From the NCBI RefSeq assembly GCF_000315625.1, contig NW_005434528.1, forward strand, positions 40,843 through 104,842: a stretch of DNA of 64,000 nt, given 5' to 3'. The notes under the pieces were generated by a model that did not search any database, was not told the origin of the DNA, and saw only the letters and a program-made list of their open reading frames with translations. A program made the position numbers and the translations under genes. Source of the stretch: Guillardia theta CCMP2712 (Eukaryota > Protista > Cryptophyta). This document shows positions 47,691-58,714 of the stretch, in pieces (the first letter of the stretch is position 1; every line of letters starts with the position of its first letter).

Positions 47691-49741
47691 TGGAACGGCA
47701 GTATGTCAACCGCAAAGTAACATATGGAACAAGGGCGGCGACGATAACGCAGATTGTGTTCAGAAACGGGGCATTTTACTTGAAAATCAAATATGACGAT
47801 TCAGACAATGATTGGATTATTGTTCCTACAACGGACCCGAAACTACGTCTGACATCTGAACGCGTGAATCTGGTCACAATGATTCGCTCTAGACGGTCAG
47901 GAAGCCAATCGACCTTAACAGGAATGTTTAATCAATCCCGGACGGCAGAAGCGGCCTATTCTTTCTGTGCAAGGGGAATATCTCAGCCTGCCGAGGACGA
48001 CAGTAACCAGACGAACGTCGGGCCGGAGCAAGCGTCTCACAGCAAAATGCTGAAATCCTACATGTGTAAGTTCATGGATGTCTCAGAAGCTCAGGGAAAT
48101 ACGGTTCAATTATTGCAGACAAGTGCGGCAGACAATTCGGCCAGCAGCAGGATCGACACTACCGGTAGAATCCAAGCTCCGAAGACCAGAAAGCAAATGC
48201 TGCTGAGCGCAGAAAGACACCAATGGTTGCAAGCTGAGCTTAAAGAACTCAACAGTATGAAGGAAAAGGGAGTGTGGGAAGAAGTGGATTATCCCAGCAA
48301 CCGAAAGGCGAAGATCGCTCCATTCCAATGGGTGTATACTTTGAAATACAATACTGAAGGTGAGATTGCGAAATTTAAGGCGAGGTTGGTCATCCTGGGC
48401 AATCTAGTTCCCACTGATGGTCCAGTATATGCTCCAACGTCAGATTTCCAGAACGTTAGGCTCATTTGTGCAATTGCCGCTGGAAACGCCTGGTTGTTGA
48501 CGATGCGAGATATTTCGACCGCGTTTTTGAATGCAGATATCGACGAGGATATTTACATGTTACCTCCAGAACAGCTCGCCTTACCAAGGGGAAGACTACT
48601 TCGTCTGAAGAAGAGCCTGTATGGCCTGTCAACCAGCCCGCGGAGTTGGTTCAAATGTTTCACGAAGACTCTGAAGAAGATGGGATGTCGTCTAGTCGGT
48701 GTCGACGAGGTACTTTTTGTCTACGAGAATGCCAGTGGTCATCGAATCATTGGGACCATCTTCGTTGACGATATTTTGCTGGCTTCTCAGTCAGAAGCAA
48801 TCTTGTCTGAATTTCTGCTCAAACTCTCTGACCATTTTGAATTTTCCGAGTCCCCTCAGGCGACTGGAACATTCCTGGGAGTCAAAATAACACAAGACTT
48901 GGCTAAAGGCACCGTCGAGCTCAACCAGACACATTTTATCCATCAGATTGTTGAGCGATTCAAAATACCTCAAAAGTCAGTGAGAAGCGTCTTACCACAC
49001 GATTATGTCTCCTCCTACCACCTAGAGGATGATCTGGTGTTGAATGAGAAGCAAATTCGACTGTACCAAGCTCTGCTAGGTTCACTTCTGTATCTCACCG
49101 CCGCGACCAGGCCAGATATATGTTTTGCGGTCAGCCTGCTGAGCCGATTTGCCAAACGGCCTCGGGTTAGCGACGTCAAAGCTGTAATCCATCTGACTCA
49201 ATACGTTTATAATACTCGTGAACAGAGCTTAACGTTCTCCCAATCGGGTACATTCTTCAATCAACAGCATTATCACAACACTCTGATAGCTGCGAGTGAT
49301 TCCACCTGGGGAACAGATCCAATTACACGTCGTTCTCAAGGAGGGATTGTGATTTCTTTTAAAGGAGGTCCAGTTAACTTCTCCAGCAAATTGCAGAAGG
49401 TCGTCAGCTTATCGAGTACGGAAGCCGAGTTGTACAGTTGCTCCAACTGTGCGAAGGCGATACGGACGCTACGATCCATCCTGCTCGAACTGGGGTTTGT
49501 CGTTGATAATGCAGCGGTCATCCATCTGCTGAGGGACCGTCGCGCATTTTCGAAGCTTAAGCATATTGCAATTCGACATCGGTTCACTCTTCAGATGGTG
49601 GATGAAAACGAAATCATCGCTGTGAAGATTGCTACTACATACAACCCTGCGGACATTCTCACCAAGATCTGCCCAGTCTCCAAAATTCGTCAGCTAGCAT
49701 CGTTCTTGTTCGGCAACGACATGTCTCAGGTCTCCGTTTGA
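47525..49741 (+). CDS. pol: Pol part 2: copia reverse transcriptase and RNase H
   Basis: KFKARLV, DISTAFLNA, LKKSLYGL, IFVDDILL, ASDSTWG, LSSTEAE and NPADILTK. Confidence 0.95.
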   Translation: MAESSEDDGHDADWQPEQSADQKLSTTTGESVLGSEDGEVGRKRTRSDFRSERTLMERQYVNRKVTYGTRAATITQIVFRNGAFYLKIKYDDSDNDWIIVPTTDPKLRLTSERVNLVTMIRSRRSGSQSTLTGMFNQSRTAEAAYSFCARGISQPAEDDSNQTNVGPEQASHSKMLKSYMCKFMDVSEAQGNTVQLLQTSAADNSASSRIDTTGRIQAPKTRKQMLLSAERHQWLQAELKELNSMKEKGVWEEVDYPSNRKAKIAPFQWVYTLKYNTEGEIAKFKARLVILGNLVPTDGPVYAPTSDFQNVRLICAIAAGNAWLLTMRDISTAFLNADIDEDIYMLPPEQLALPRGRLLRLKKSLYGLSTSPRSWFKCFTKTLKKMGCRLVGVDEVLFVYENASGHRIIGTIFVDDILLASQSEAILSEFLLKLSDHFEFSESPQATGTFLGVKITQDLAKGTVELNQTHFIHQIVERFKIPQKSVRSVLPHDYVSSYHLEDDLVLNEKQIRLYQALLGSLLYLTAATRPDICFAVSLLSRFAKRPRVSDVKAVIHLTQYVYNTREQSLTFSQSGTFFNQQHYHNTLIAASDSTWGTDPITRRSQGGIVISFKGGPVNFSSKLQKVVSLSSTEAELYSCSNCAKAIRTLRSILLELGFVVDNAAVIHLLRDRRAFSKLKHIAIRHRFTLQMVDENEIIAVKIATTYNPADILTKICPVSKIRQLASFLFGNDMSQVSV

Positions 49742-50944
49742 CCATCATTACGCCGCTGCTTCATGCAAGACCTTGTCAAGCTAGCCAAGCTCCCTGTACC
49801 TCGTCAGGGAGGGAGATGGATGATGCGGAGTCACAAGGGACCCACTTCAGCCTGAGGTCATCTGTTCGACACCAGAGACAGCCAGGGAGGGTTCACTAAA
49901 TGAACAATCAAAATCAGGGAATATCATATCTTTTCACTATCATACCTGAATACTGAACTTCATGACAGGCTGAACCTCTGAGAACATCTGATGATGACAT
50001 CAGCATCGAGCCTCGCATCATCCCTATGTCAAGTGACATGGACGAGTCACAGGGATCCCCCAAGCAGAGCCAGGAGTCGCACAAGATGACGACGAGGCCA
50101 CAATACAGCTCTCCCACCATGATGATGAGTGTGGCAAAGAAGCTGAGGGGTGACATGACAGCGAGAAAATCTCGATGATGGAGGGATCAGTCCTGATCAA
50201 AGTCGCTCTGAATGTCAAAAGTGACAAGAGCTGTTTTCAATCCAACCTCAAAGCCTGTACGTGGCCAACAGTGAGGAGAGGAATTACCTCATGATTCCAC
50301 TGGTCAAGCGGCGCCGTGATGTTGATACGGCAAGCAGAGCACGGCAGATGAAAGCTTGAAGGTTGTGAAGACCGAGGAAGGGAGACGTCCCAAAGCCTCG
50401 TTACAAGCCACTATATTGTGATGGCGACGTGATGACACTGTGACGAACCAACTCTACAGCAGAGTTGAAGAAATGAAAGGCAGCTTGAAGCGCCAAGCCT
50501 TCGCAAGACGAAGAAGCAGACGATGAAGATATACCTTCGATCGAAGTTATGAAATGATGCTGCAGAAATGAAGGAGGTCCCAAGTCGCCAGGCACATCAG
50601 TGCTGATGGGCGCTGAGGAGAACCTTTCAGTACCATGCACAGCCCTACTGCGAAAGTCAAGTCAAGAGGCTGATCGCTTATGGAAAGAGGAATATCAAGT
50701 CTGATGAGCAAGACCATACAGCTTCAAGGCAGACGACCAGAGACCAAGCATGAGTCCACTTGCTGTCAAGCAACAGCTCCCGCCTACTCTAGGCAAGGGA
50801 GGGAATACTGCGGCGACGACGCGCGAAGAGTCAACCGCAGCAGGTCGTTTGAAAGGCATAGTCAAATTTGACAAGCCTGACACCGTCAATGGAGGCGCGG
50901 CAAAGTAACAATGCTGGCATCGGCACACAAGAGCCAAGGGAGGG

Positions 50945-51746
50945 TGTTGAAGCACCTTATAGGAGGAAGCTTCACCTCAGACAATGCCAAGTAATCGACG
51001 TGGCTCAAGTGCACAGATGCTTAGAGCCTCGGAATGCATCCCTGGAGAAGACAGCAACAGCTACAATAAGGACGACGTAGGAGAATCATGAAGAAGACAG
51101 CAAGAACTTAGGACTCGTGGATGGCAGCAGGAGATAAGCGAGTCAGCTTATATCAGTCCACGACAGGACAGCAGATGACACGGTGGCAGGATACGGCTAC
51201 GCTCAAGGGGAGATTGGAAGTATCACCCCTGAAGTCATGGACATGGGAGAACAAGGGGTCTGATCAAAGAAGACAGTACTATCATGATCATCTTAGCGGA
51301 GGACATACAAGGAATGCACGAGACCACCTCCAAGCATGCTCCTACGGAGACACAGGACCTGTCAAGGTCAAGGGAGCAGCTACGTCAACTTCACAGAGAG
51401 CGTTGGATGAGAATCGAAGACCTCGTCATGTCAAACCGGTAGTAGGGACCGAGGAAGAGGAAGAAGGGGCGCACGCATTTGCAGGACAGGGAAAGGAGAA
51501 CGAGGTGTATGGTCTCTGTGAGACTGGATTGCTTGAAGTAAACAAGCTTGACCATCCATACCAATCTCTTATCACCTCCGTTTGTTCTCTGTATCCTGAT
51601 ATCTTTCCTGCGCGGCCATTCGTGATATCTATTACCACTGCTACAGAAACTTGCAGTCGGTGCTATCACTGTCTACTTCGGGTGTCACTGCTACTGTGAC
51701 TGTGTCACCACGGTCTGTGGAGAGAAGGTTACTGGGAACTTCAACA
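50945..51746 (+). repeat. 3' LTR (802 bp)
   Basis: Matches the 5' LTR apart from block indels. Confidence 0.95.
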
Positions 51747-51811
51747 GTCCCCCTTCACCAGGCCCGGCCCGGGCCTGGTGAAGGGCCTGCCAGCCCGGCT
51801 GTACGGCCGGG

Positions 51812-52005
51812 CAAGTTAGTCTTGTATGGAGGAACACGGATCATCGGATGTGAAACCGAAGCATCCAGACATGAGAAGTCCGCGTCACATAGTAAGGGTC
51901 GTCAGAGTATGGTCGGAAGAGTTTTGTCACTGAACTGGACTCAGCGGCTATCCGGGCCGGCGTGACATGCACGCCGCTCGGCAGGCATGCCGAGTCATCC
52001 ATCAG
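51812..52005 (-). mobile_element. Degenerate copy of the dispersed ~300-bp repeat in the spacer between the two LTR elements
   Basis: GGATGTGAAACCGAAGCATCCAGACATG matches the reverse complement of 12493-12521. Confidence 0.65.
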
Positions 52006-52085
52006 CAAACCGCCTCCGAGGGCCTGTGGAAACGGCGTCCAACTGCTCGGGAATCGGGCCCGCACGGCCGGCCCGAGTCAGAGAG

Positions 52086-55000
52086 TGTTGAAGTTCCCAG
52101 TAACCTTCTCTCCACAGACGGTGACACAGTCACAGCCTAGCAGTGACACCCGAAGTAGACAGTGATAGCACCGACTGCAAGTTTCTGTAGCAGTGGTAAT
52201 AGTTATCACGAATGAATGGCCGCGCAGGAAAGATATCAGGATACAGAGAACAAACGGAGGTGATAAGAGATTGGTATGGATGGTCAAGCTTGTTTACTTC
52301 AAGCAATCCAGTCTCACAGAGACTATACACCTCGTTCTCCTTTCCCTGTCCTGCAAATGCGTGCGGCCCTTCTTCCTCTTCCTCGGTCCCTAAAATAGGG
52401 GCTGCCCGGTCCTAGGAACTACCACTACCGGTACTCTACGCTTCTTATCTGCGATATGATTCTTCGACCGGTCCGAGGCCTGGTTCCGTACCTTGAGGGT
52501 CCCCTGAGAAAGAGTCATAGGCTTGACATGACGAGGTCTTCGATTCTCATCCAACGCTCTCTGTGAAGTTGACGTAGCTGCTCCCTTGACCTTGACAGGT
52601 CCTGTGTCTCCGTAGGAGCATGCTTGGAGGTGGTCTCGTGCATTCCTTGTATGTCCTCCGCTAAGATGATCATGATAGTACTGTCTTCTTTGATCAGACC
52701 CCTTGTTCTCCCATGTCCATGACTTCAGGGGTGATACTTCCAATCTCCCCTTGAGCGTAGCCGTATCCTGCCACCGTGTCATCTGCTGTCCTGTCGTGGA
52801 CTGATATAAGCTGACTCGCTTATCTCCTGCTGCCATCCACGAGTCCTAAGTTCTTGCTGTCTTCTTCATGATTCTCCTACGTCGCCCTTATTGTAGCTGT
52901 TGCTGTCTTCTCCAGGGACGCATTCCGAGGCTCTAAGCATCTGTGCACTTGAGCCACGTCGATTGTTTGGCATTGTCTGAGGTGAAGCTTCCTCCTATCA
53001 GGTGCTTCAACACCCTCCCTTGGCTCTTGTGTGCCGATGCCAGCATTGTTACTTTGCCGCGCCTCCATTGACGGTGTCAGGCTTGTCAAATTTGACTATG
53101 CCTTTCAAATGACCTGCTGCGGTTGACTCTTCGCGCGTCGTCGCCGCAGTATTCCCTCCCTTGCCTAGAGTAGGCGGGAGCTGTTGCTTGACAGCAAGTG
53201 GACTCATGATTGGTCTCTGCCGGTCGTCTGCCTTGAAGCTGTATGGTCTTGCTCATCAGACTTGATATTCCTCTTTCCATAAGCGATCAGCCTCTTGACT
53301 TGACTTTCGCAGTAGGGCTGTGCATGGTACTGAAAGGTTCTCCTCAGCGCCCATCAGCCCTGATGTGCCTGGCGACTTGGGACCTCCTTCATTTCTGCAG
53401 CATCATTTCATAACTTCGATCGAAGGTATATCTTCATCGTCTGCTTCTTCGTCTTGCGAAGGCTTGGCGCTTCAAGCTGCCTTTCATTTCTTCAACTCTG
53501 CTGTAGAGTTGGTTCGTCACAGTGTCATCACGTCGCCATCACAATATAGTGGCTTGTAACGAGGCTTTGGGACGTCTCCCTTCCTCGGTCTTCACAACCT
53601 TCAAGCTTTCATCTGCCGTGCTCTGCTTGCCGTATCAACATCACGGCGCTTGACCAGTGGAATCATGAGGTAATTCCTCTCCTCACTGTTGGCCACGTAC
53701 AGGCTTTGAGGTTGGATTGAAAACAGCTCTTGTCACTTTTGACATTCAGAGCGACTTTGATCAGGACTGATCCCTCCATCATCGAGATTTTCTCGCTGTC
53801 ATGTCACCCCTCAGCTTCTTTGCCACACTCATCATCATGGTGGGAGAGCTGTATTGTGGCCTCGTCGTCATCTTGTGCGACTCCTGGCTCTGCTTGGGGG
53901 ATCCCTGTGACTCGTCCATGTCACTTGACATAGGGATGATGCGAGGCTCGATGCTGATGTCATCATCAGATGTTCTCAGAGGTTCAGCCTGATTTTGATT
54001 GTTCATTTAGTGAACCCTCCCTGACTGTCTCTGGTGTCGAACAGATGACCTCAGGATGAAGTGGGTCCCCTGTGACTTCGCATCATCCATCTCCCTCCCT
54101 GACGAGGTACAGGGAGCTCGGCTAGGCTTGAGAGGCTTGAGAGGCCATTTTGATATCGGAACCCATGTTTGACTCCAGGCTCAGCAGTTACTACCGTTGT
54201 CACTCCACAGATACTCTCCAGCTGATGTCACTCCGAATGTGAGAGTAAGAGTCCACTGGTTGCCGTGATACAAGGTTTCTCGAGAAATAGAATATCTAGG
54301 CACTGATATTCTAAAATTTTTAGAATATGTTGAAGTTCCCAGTAACCTTCTCTCCACAGACGGTGACACAGTCACAGCCTAGCAGTGACACCCGAAGTAG
54401 ACAGTGATAGCACCGACTGCAAGTTTCTGTAGCAGTGGTAATAGTTATCACGAATGAATGGCCGCGCAGGAAAGATATCAGGATACAGAGAACAAACGGA
54501 GGTGATAAGAGATTGGTATGGATGGTCAAGCTTGTTTACTTCAAGCAATCCAGTCTCACAGAGACTATACACCTCGTTCTCCTTTCCCTGTCCTGCAAAT
54601 GCGTGCGGCCCTTCTTCCTCTTCCTCGGTCCCTAAAATAGGGGCTGCCCGGTCCTAGGAACTACCACTACCGGTACTCTACGCTTCTTATCTGCGATATG
54701 ATTCTTCGACCGGTCCGAGGCCTGGTTCCGTACCTTGAGGGTCCCCTGAGAAAGAGTCATAGGCTTGACATGACGAGGTCTTCGATTCTCATCCAACGCT
54801 CTCTGTGAAGTTGACGTAGCTGCTCCCTTGACCTTGACAGGTCCTGTGTCTCCGTAGGAGCATGCTTGGAGGTGGTCTCGTGCATTCCTTGTATGTCCTC
54901 CGCTAAGATGATCATGATAGTACTGTCTTCTTTGATCAGACCCCTTGTTCTCCCATGTCCATGACTTCAGGGGTGATACTTCCAATCTCCCCTTGAGCGT

Positions 55001-55254
55001 AGCCGTATCCTGCCACCGTGTCATCTGCTGTCCTGTCGTGGACTGATATAAGCTGACTCGCTTATCTCCTGCTGCCATCCACGAGTCCTAAGTTCTTGCT
55101 GTCTTCTTCATGATTCTCCTACGTCGTCCTTATTGTAGCTGTTGCTGTCTTCTCCAGGGACGCATTCCGAGGCTCTAAGCATCTGTGCACTTGAGCCACG
55201 TCGATTGTTTGGCATTGTCTGAGGTGAAGCTTCCTCCTATCAGGTGCTTCAACA
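52086..55254 (-). mobile_element. Non-autonomous LTR element (TRIM/LARD-like deletion derivative of the adjacent copia) with TSD GAGAG
   Basis: 927-bp LTRs at 52086-53012 and 54328-55254; GAGAG at 52081-52085 and 55255-55259. The 1.3-kb interior is the 5' leader plus the first gag codons joined to the 3' noncoding region. Confidence 0.96.
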
Positions 55255-56031
55255 GAGAGTCCGGAGTCCGGGCCCGATCGGATAGCCAGGTCGCCGGGCC
55301 GGGTGCCGGGCCGGGGCGCCGCTGGTCACCCGGGTTCCACTGAGACTGAACTTCCGAAAGTTGACCGGAAACGTGACTTGATTTCGCATACCCGTTCATG
55401 TGAGGGGAATATGCCGGGTACTGTAACAGCCAGCAATTTGTACCATTACCGTCATATAATAGTATACAATATATATAGAAGTTTTAAATTTCATGTAGGA
55501 CCCCTCGAAATCACGGGTCCCACATGTATTTAGACTGGTACCCTCATATAATGTTTTAAACTTATTTGTCGAGCTATTCAGGTAGGGGTACTTTGCAGTG
55601 TTGTATGAGGGGCAAGGGTAGGGTGATTTTCTTAGCCGAATCTTTTCATTTTTTTGAAATTCTGTTCTAGTGAAATTTACTGCCCTGGTGCCCTCGCTAA
55701 TAGATCATAAAAACTTGAAGCTCTTCGATAGATTTGCCTATAAACATGTACAAATTGCCACATCGATACAATAAAATGTTTCATTTTCAAGTCAAAGTTG
55801 GAAACATTTTATTGTAGCCCTGTGAAGGGCCGCTTTGCTCAGCGCGCATGCAAGGCATGAGGCAGGTGAGGGTGGAAAAGCTGATGATCGGTGCTTGTTC
55901 GCAAGTGACATCACTGATGACAGATGCAGATGTCGGTATGGCTGCTTCTTGCTTGCTGCTCGTCAGCTGTACATGCCGATCGGCAATCATTCACTGTCGG
56001 ATCAACCACCACGGTTGGAACTATAGCCGAG

Positions 56032-57035
56032 ATGGCTCAACTGCACTTCGACCATGGCGTCAAGGATCTCAAGGCGACCAACTTGAAGATCTACTGGGGT
56101 CAGCTTGGAAACACCCTGACCAAATCGAAGCACACCAGCATTCTGTATCCTGGGCATGTGGTCGAGGTTTACATGCCAGGATTCACCGGAGGATCGAACT
56201 TCTTCGGTGCATCTCGTGGAAGCACCTAGAGCACTGAGAGCACGATCAGCTGGATGTCACAAGAGAACAGCATTGTGATCTCTCAGTCTGTACAGGAGCC
56301 TTGGCAGCAAGCCATCTCGAGCGACCTGTCACTGTCTGTGAGTGGACCAGGAGCAGTTGGATGCATGGGAATCGTCGGAGATTTATCATCGAATGCTTTC
56401 GACCTGAAGCAGCTCCGGGCGGACGTGTTTGACTACTGTGAGTGGAACGCTCAGCGAGCGATGCTGCGTCTGAGGCTGAGCAGCAATGCGCCTAGCGTCG
56501 TGACAGGAGTCTTCATCAGCAAAGTGAGCATGTATCTCAACTATGACACATCATCCAAGCAGAACGGTCTGGGATCTCTGCCGCCTCTCGGAGGCATCAA
56601 CGAGGAGTGGCAACAGATGGCCTTCGTGTCTGTGTACGAGAGGCCCGCAACCACATCGACTGACTGCACTGAAGTGAGCCTTTCTGCCTTCGCTGCAGAA
56701 CCCCCAGGGAACACAGATGGTATCAACCAAGATTTCAGTGCATCACTGTGACGATCGTACCATCCATGACCATCTACTCATTCCCGACATCGTCTACTCC
56801 TACAATCTTTACGATCTCTGGGCTGACTGGGCCTGGTGCACAAGAGCGAGTCACAGCGTTGTATCAGAACAAATGTCAATGTGAAAGCACTCAAGCAGGG
56901 CTCTTCCCAAGCAGGTTCCAGTCCATCAGCTACATGTTGCCAGATCTCTGATTTCTCCACGAGATCTACCGGACAGTTCGACACTCTCAACCCGATTACC
57001 TTCAGTTCCTCGACGAAGAGTCTTCAGACGGTTTG
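56032..57035 (+). pseudogene. Disrupted fragment of a secreted or surface protein gene
   Basis: Colinear reading frames broken by TAG at 56227 and a frameshift near 56748; Ser/Thr-rich, beta-like sequence (IFTISGLTG). Confidence 0.45.
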
Positions 57036-57194
57036 AAACCGTGGAGTCTGCCACGATGGGTGACAGAGGGTGGAAAGTACGGGTGGTATCTCCTGAACTG
57101 GTACGATTGGAGATTTGATGAACCTCGAGGAGCAGGCAACAGACCTAAGCGGACAATCATCGACAACTGCTAAGGTGCTCTGTCCTTCCCTTGC

Positions 57195-57950
57195 TGTGTG
57201 TGCCACGAACCGATAGTGTGTTCGTGTTATCAAATAAACTTCATTTGTGTGTGATCCAGCGGAGGTGCCTTGAGCATTCGCTGTGTTGCTTCTGGATTCC
57301 TGTATGTCATACAATACTTGTCAGGCTGCTTTGAAGCAGACTTCTGAACATCAACTTTCAGATAATGATTGGCAATTCTTGGGGGACGCTGATGACCTGG
57401 GACAAGACCGCACCTTCACGCAAGTGTGGAGCCAACCCCGACAACCGGGGCGATGGTCTCCATGCACCGCGGTCGCCATGGGGAAGGATGCAAGGGAGCC
57501 TCCTCAAAAGATCTCCGCTTAGTCAATGGCCTCGCCGCCGGCATCGGCTTTTCCCGCCATTGAGTTGGGGATGTGAATCGACAGAAGAATACGCTGACGT
57601 GGGTCAATGCAGTCCAGTATGCCCTCGAGCTCTACCAAATTGCATAGCTCGCACTGGGTCATTGCGGCACTAGATCTCTTGGAACCTTGAAGCGACAGCT
57701 CCAGGAGAGGTATCTACCGCCGAGCCTCTTGTCGCAGTTGGTTCTTCAACTCGATAATCTGCAACAGGAGCCTGCATGGTGTAAGACTCAATTCGACAAG
57801 CCGAGGATGGGGAGATATGACAATTTCATCAATTGCCACCACAGGCTCGAGCTCTCAAGGTGGCCGGAAGTACAAACATGGACGTGTGCAGGTCCAAGGG
57901 AGAAGATCCTGGAAGGATGGAGGCAACAAGAATGGCGCCCATGATACAGG
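57195..57950 (+). mobile_element. Second decayed gypsy-like 5' fragment, related to 27585-28545
   Basis: Shared blocks GTGTTATCAAATAAACTTCAT and GATAATGATTGGCAATTCTTGGGGGACGCTGATGACCTGG; gag-like LQERYLPPSLLSQLVLQLDNLQQ. Confidence 0.6.
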
Positions 57951-58714
57951 CTCCTTGTTGGGTTTTCCCTTGTCACGTGTCCTTTCCCTGTTGCTTCCTA
58001 GCATCGAGAATAAACTCGATTGTGTTCACACCTGCTTCTTTATCTTTTGAGGTTTTAAGAGTATTCGTCTCTTGGCTGCTTAGACATAGACCTAGGGTGT
58101 AACGCGTCTTGGTAGTCGAAAGTTTTCATATTTACTTTGTGATGCAGCGTGGATTGATATCATGGTTTGAGGTAAACCATGCTTGCCATGCCTTGTGCTT
58201 GCATGTTGTCTGGATTCCATATTCAGGTTTGGATCGACGTTGGGTAACATAGACGCCAGCAGCAGTCAGACTGCTTTCTTGCACCTTGCTGGGACTACCA
58301 TGCACTTGTCAAAGTTTTTGAAAGACGATTTACGCAAAAAGCAGGCTAGTATTCATCGGCACAGCCTTCATGGTCAGGTGGAACTGAATAGGTGATTCAT
58401 CTCCTTGCTGGCCCTAGACAACGACCTTGACTCAAACGGCATCAGCTAGACATGGAGTACAGCTCCGACGGGTCTCCGATCAATGCTGACCTTTTGACAT
58501 CACTGCTCGACTTGATGAACCACCCATCTGTCTCATTTCTCTAGACGATGCAATGGGCATACGGATCCAATTTGCTTGCTTCCAGCTCAAAAGATTCATT
58601 TCAGTATGCGTGACTTACCTTTGCTGTTTAAAATCAAAATTGAATTGGCACATTGGATTCGTCTCGAGATCCGCATATCGGTCTTGTATGATCATAGATG
58701 TTATCATCGATTGC

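Larger units (their letters stand above)
42801..51746 (+). mobile_element. Full-length Ty1/copia LTR retrotransposon with TSD GTCCC
   Basis: LTRs TGTTGAAG...CTTCAACA at both ends; GTCCC at 42796-42800 and 51747-51751; domain order gag-PR-IN-RT-RH; polypurine tract before 50945. Confidence 0.97.
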
